From assembly GCA_000993115.1 (NCBI GenBank), contig LBVN01000008.1:1099-65098 (forward strand): a DNA stretch of 64,000 nucleotides. The letters run 5' to 3'. The notes beneath the pieces were generated by a model. The model saw only the letters and a list, made by a program, of their open reading frames with translations. It had not been told where the DNA came from and ran no database searches. The DNA is from Candidatus Woesebacteria bacterium GW2011_GWB1_38_8b. Lineage in GTDB: Bacteria; Patescibacteriota; Microgenomatia; UBA8517. Below, in pieces: positions 63,660 through 64,000 of this stretch (positions within the stretch are counted from its first letter, which is position 1; the number at the start of each line of letters is the position of its first letter). Made by a program: the position numbers and the translations under genes.

Positions 63660-64000
63660 ATGAAAAGGAATATAAAGTCGAATTTATATGTAATCACTCA
63701 CTGCGAAAGTTGTTATAACAAAAGGGGAATATTTACAGGACGCATCGATTCGGTTTTAACAAAGGAGGGCCATATACATGCTCGGTTGTTGGCAAAAAAA
63801 TTGGAAAAGATTCAAATAGATCTTGCTTATACATCCCCGCTGAAAAGAGCAAGGCAAACCTTGAAACATATTCTTAAATATCATCCTGATACCAAAGTTA
63901 TAGTAGATAAAAGAATAATAGAAAGAGATTATGGGGATTTGTCCGGCAAAAGCAAAGAAAAGTATAAAAAAGAAAATCCGGAACTGTACCCTGTATACCA
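63660..64000 (+). CDS. histidine phosphatase (phosphoglycerate mutase-like) family protein, 5' partial; RHG motif replaced by THC
   Basis: NLYVITHCESCYNKRGIFTGRIDSVLTKEGHIHA...YTSPLKRARQT follows the family pattern. The ORF runs off the window end. Confidence 0.7.
   Translation, partial: MKRNIKSNLYVITHCESCYNKRGIFTGRIDSVLTKEGHIHARLLAKKLEKIQIDLAYTSPLKRARQTLKHILKYHPDTKVIVDKRIIERDYGDLSGKSKEKYKKENPELYPVY

Noticed and set aside
1-64000. CRISPR arrays, rRNA genes, IS elements/transposases, integrases, prophage blocks
   Set aside because: Reading both strands and the ORF track showed none: no regularly spaced direct repeats, no rRNA signature sequences, and no DDE, tyrosine- or serine-recombinase-like ORFs.
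1-64000. Alternative genetic code (UGA recoded, as in some CPR lineages)
   Set aside because: Well-conserved genes (pilB, secD, recJ, aspS, gltX) are full length with standard stops. Several end in TGA at the family-expected length, so code 11 fits.

Overview
AT-rich, very gene-dense bacterial window: about 65 protein genes and one RNase P RNA. I found no rRNA, canonical tRNA, CRISPR array, transposase or integrase. Standard code 11 fits, with long uninterrupted ORFs, GGAGG-type Shine-Dalgarno sites and many ATGA or 4-26 nt start/stop overlaps. The gene content suggests, by inference only, a Candidate Phyla Radiation / Patescibacteria (Microgenomates-like) genome: a secretin-less type IV pilus locus, an archaeal-type AspRS, DUF5679/DUF4446/DUF3048 proteins, many membrane-anchored hypotheticals and almost no biosynthesis. 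Blocks: (1) 0.1-1.5 kb AI-2E permease and rnpB. (2) 1.7-11.2 kb type IV pilus locus: pilB, pilC, three large pilin-like genes on the minus strand, a pilM-pilN fusion, a pilO-like gene and a pilin. (3) 11.3-16.0 kb tightly coupled 4-gene operon (Acg-type nitroreductase, Leu/Phe/Val dehydrogenase, PaaK/F390-synthetase-like adenylating enzyme, ThiF/E1-like protein). This is my best candidate for an undescribed system. (4) 16-20.4 kb histidine kinase, RskA-like protein, receiver-only regulator and alpha-glucan phosphorylase. (5) 20.8-42 kb housekeeping genes: comM/yifB, dtd, rhomboid, nth, secDF, SNase, cca, recJ, rel, aspS, gltX and a DD-carboxypeptidase. (6) 42.8-44.3 kb and 59.9-63.6 kb: two metal ABC importer pairs with no binding-protein gene nearby. 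The second sits in a DUF5320-DUF134-Fur-ABC-YibE/F cluster that has a palindromic operator. (7) 45-52.2 kb envelope/metal-stress block: OmpR/HK pair, Spy/CpxP-like protein, MacAB-like efflux and a cupredoxin. (8) 52.4-59.7 kb surface and miscellaneous genes: bactofilin-like beta-helix membrane protein, GT39 glycosyltransferase, YjjX-Nudix fusion, PAS/HxlR pair, a degenerate tRNA-like relic and a PRTase. All family names come from reading motifs in the translations. No database search was run.
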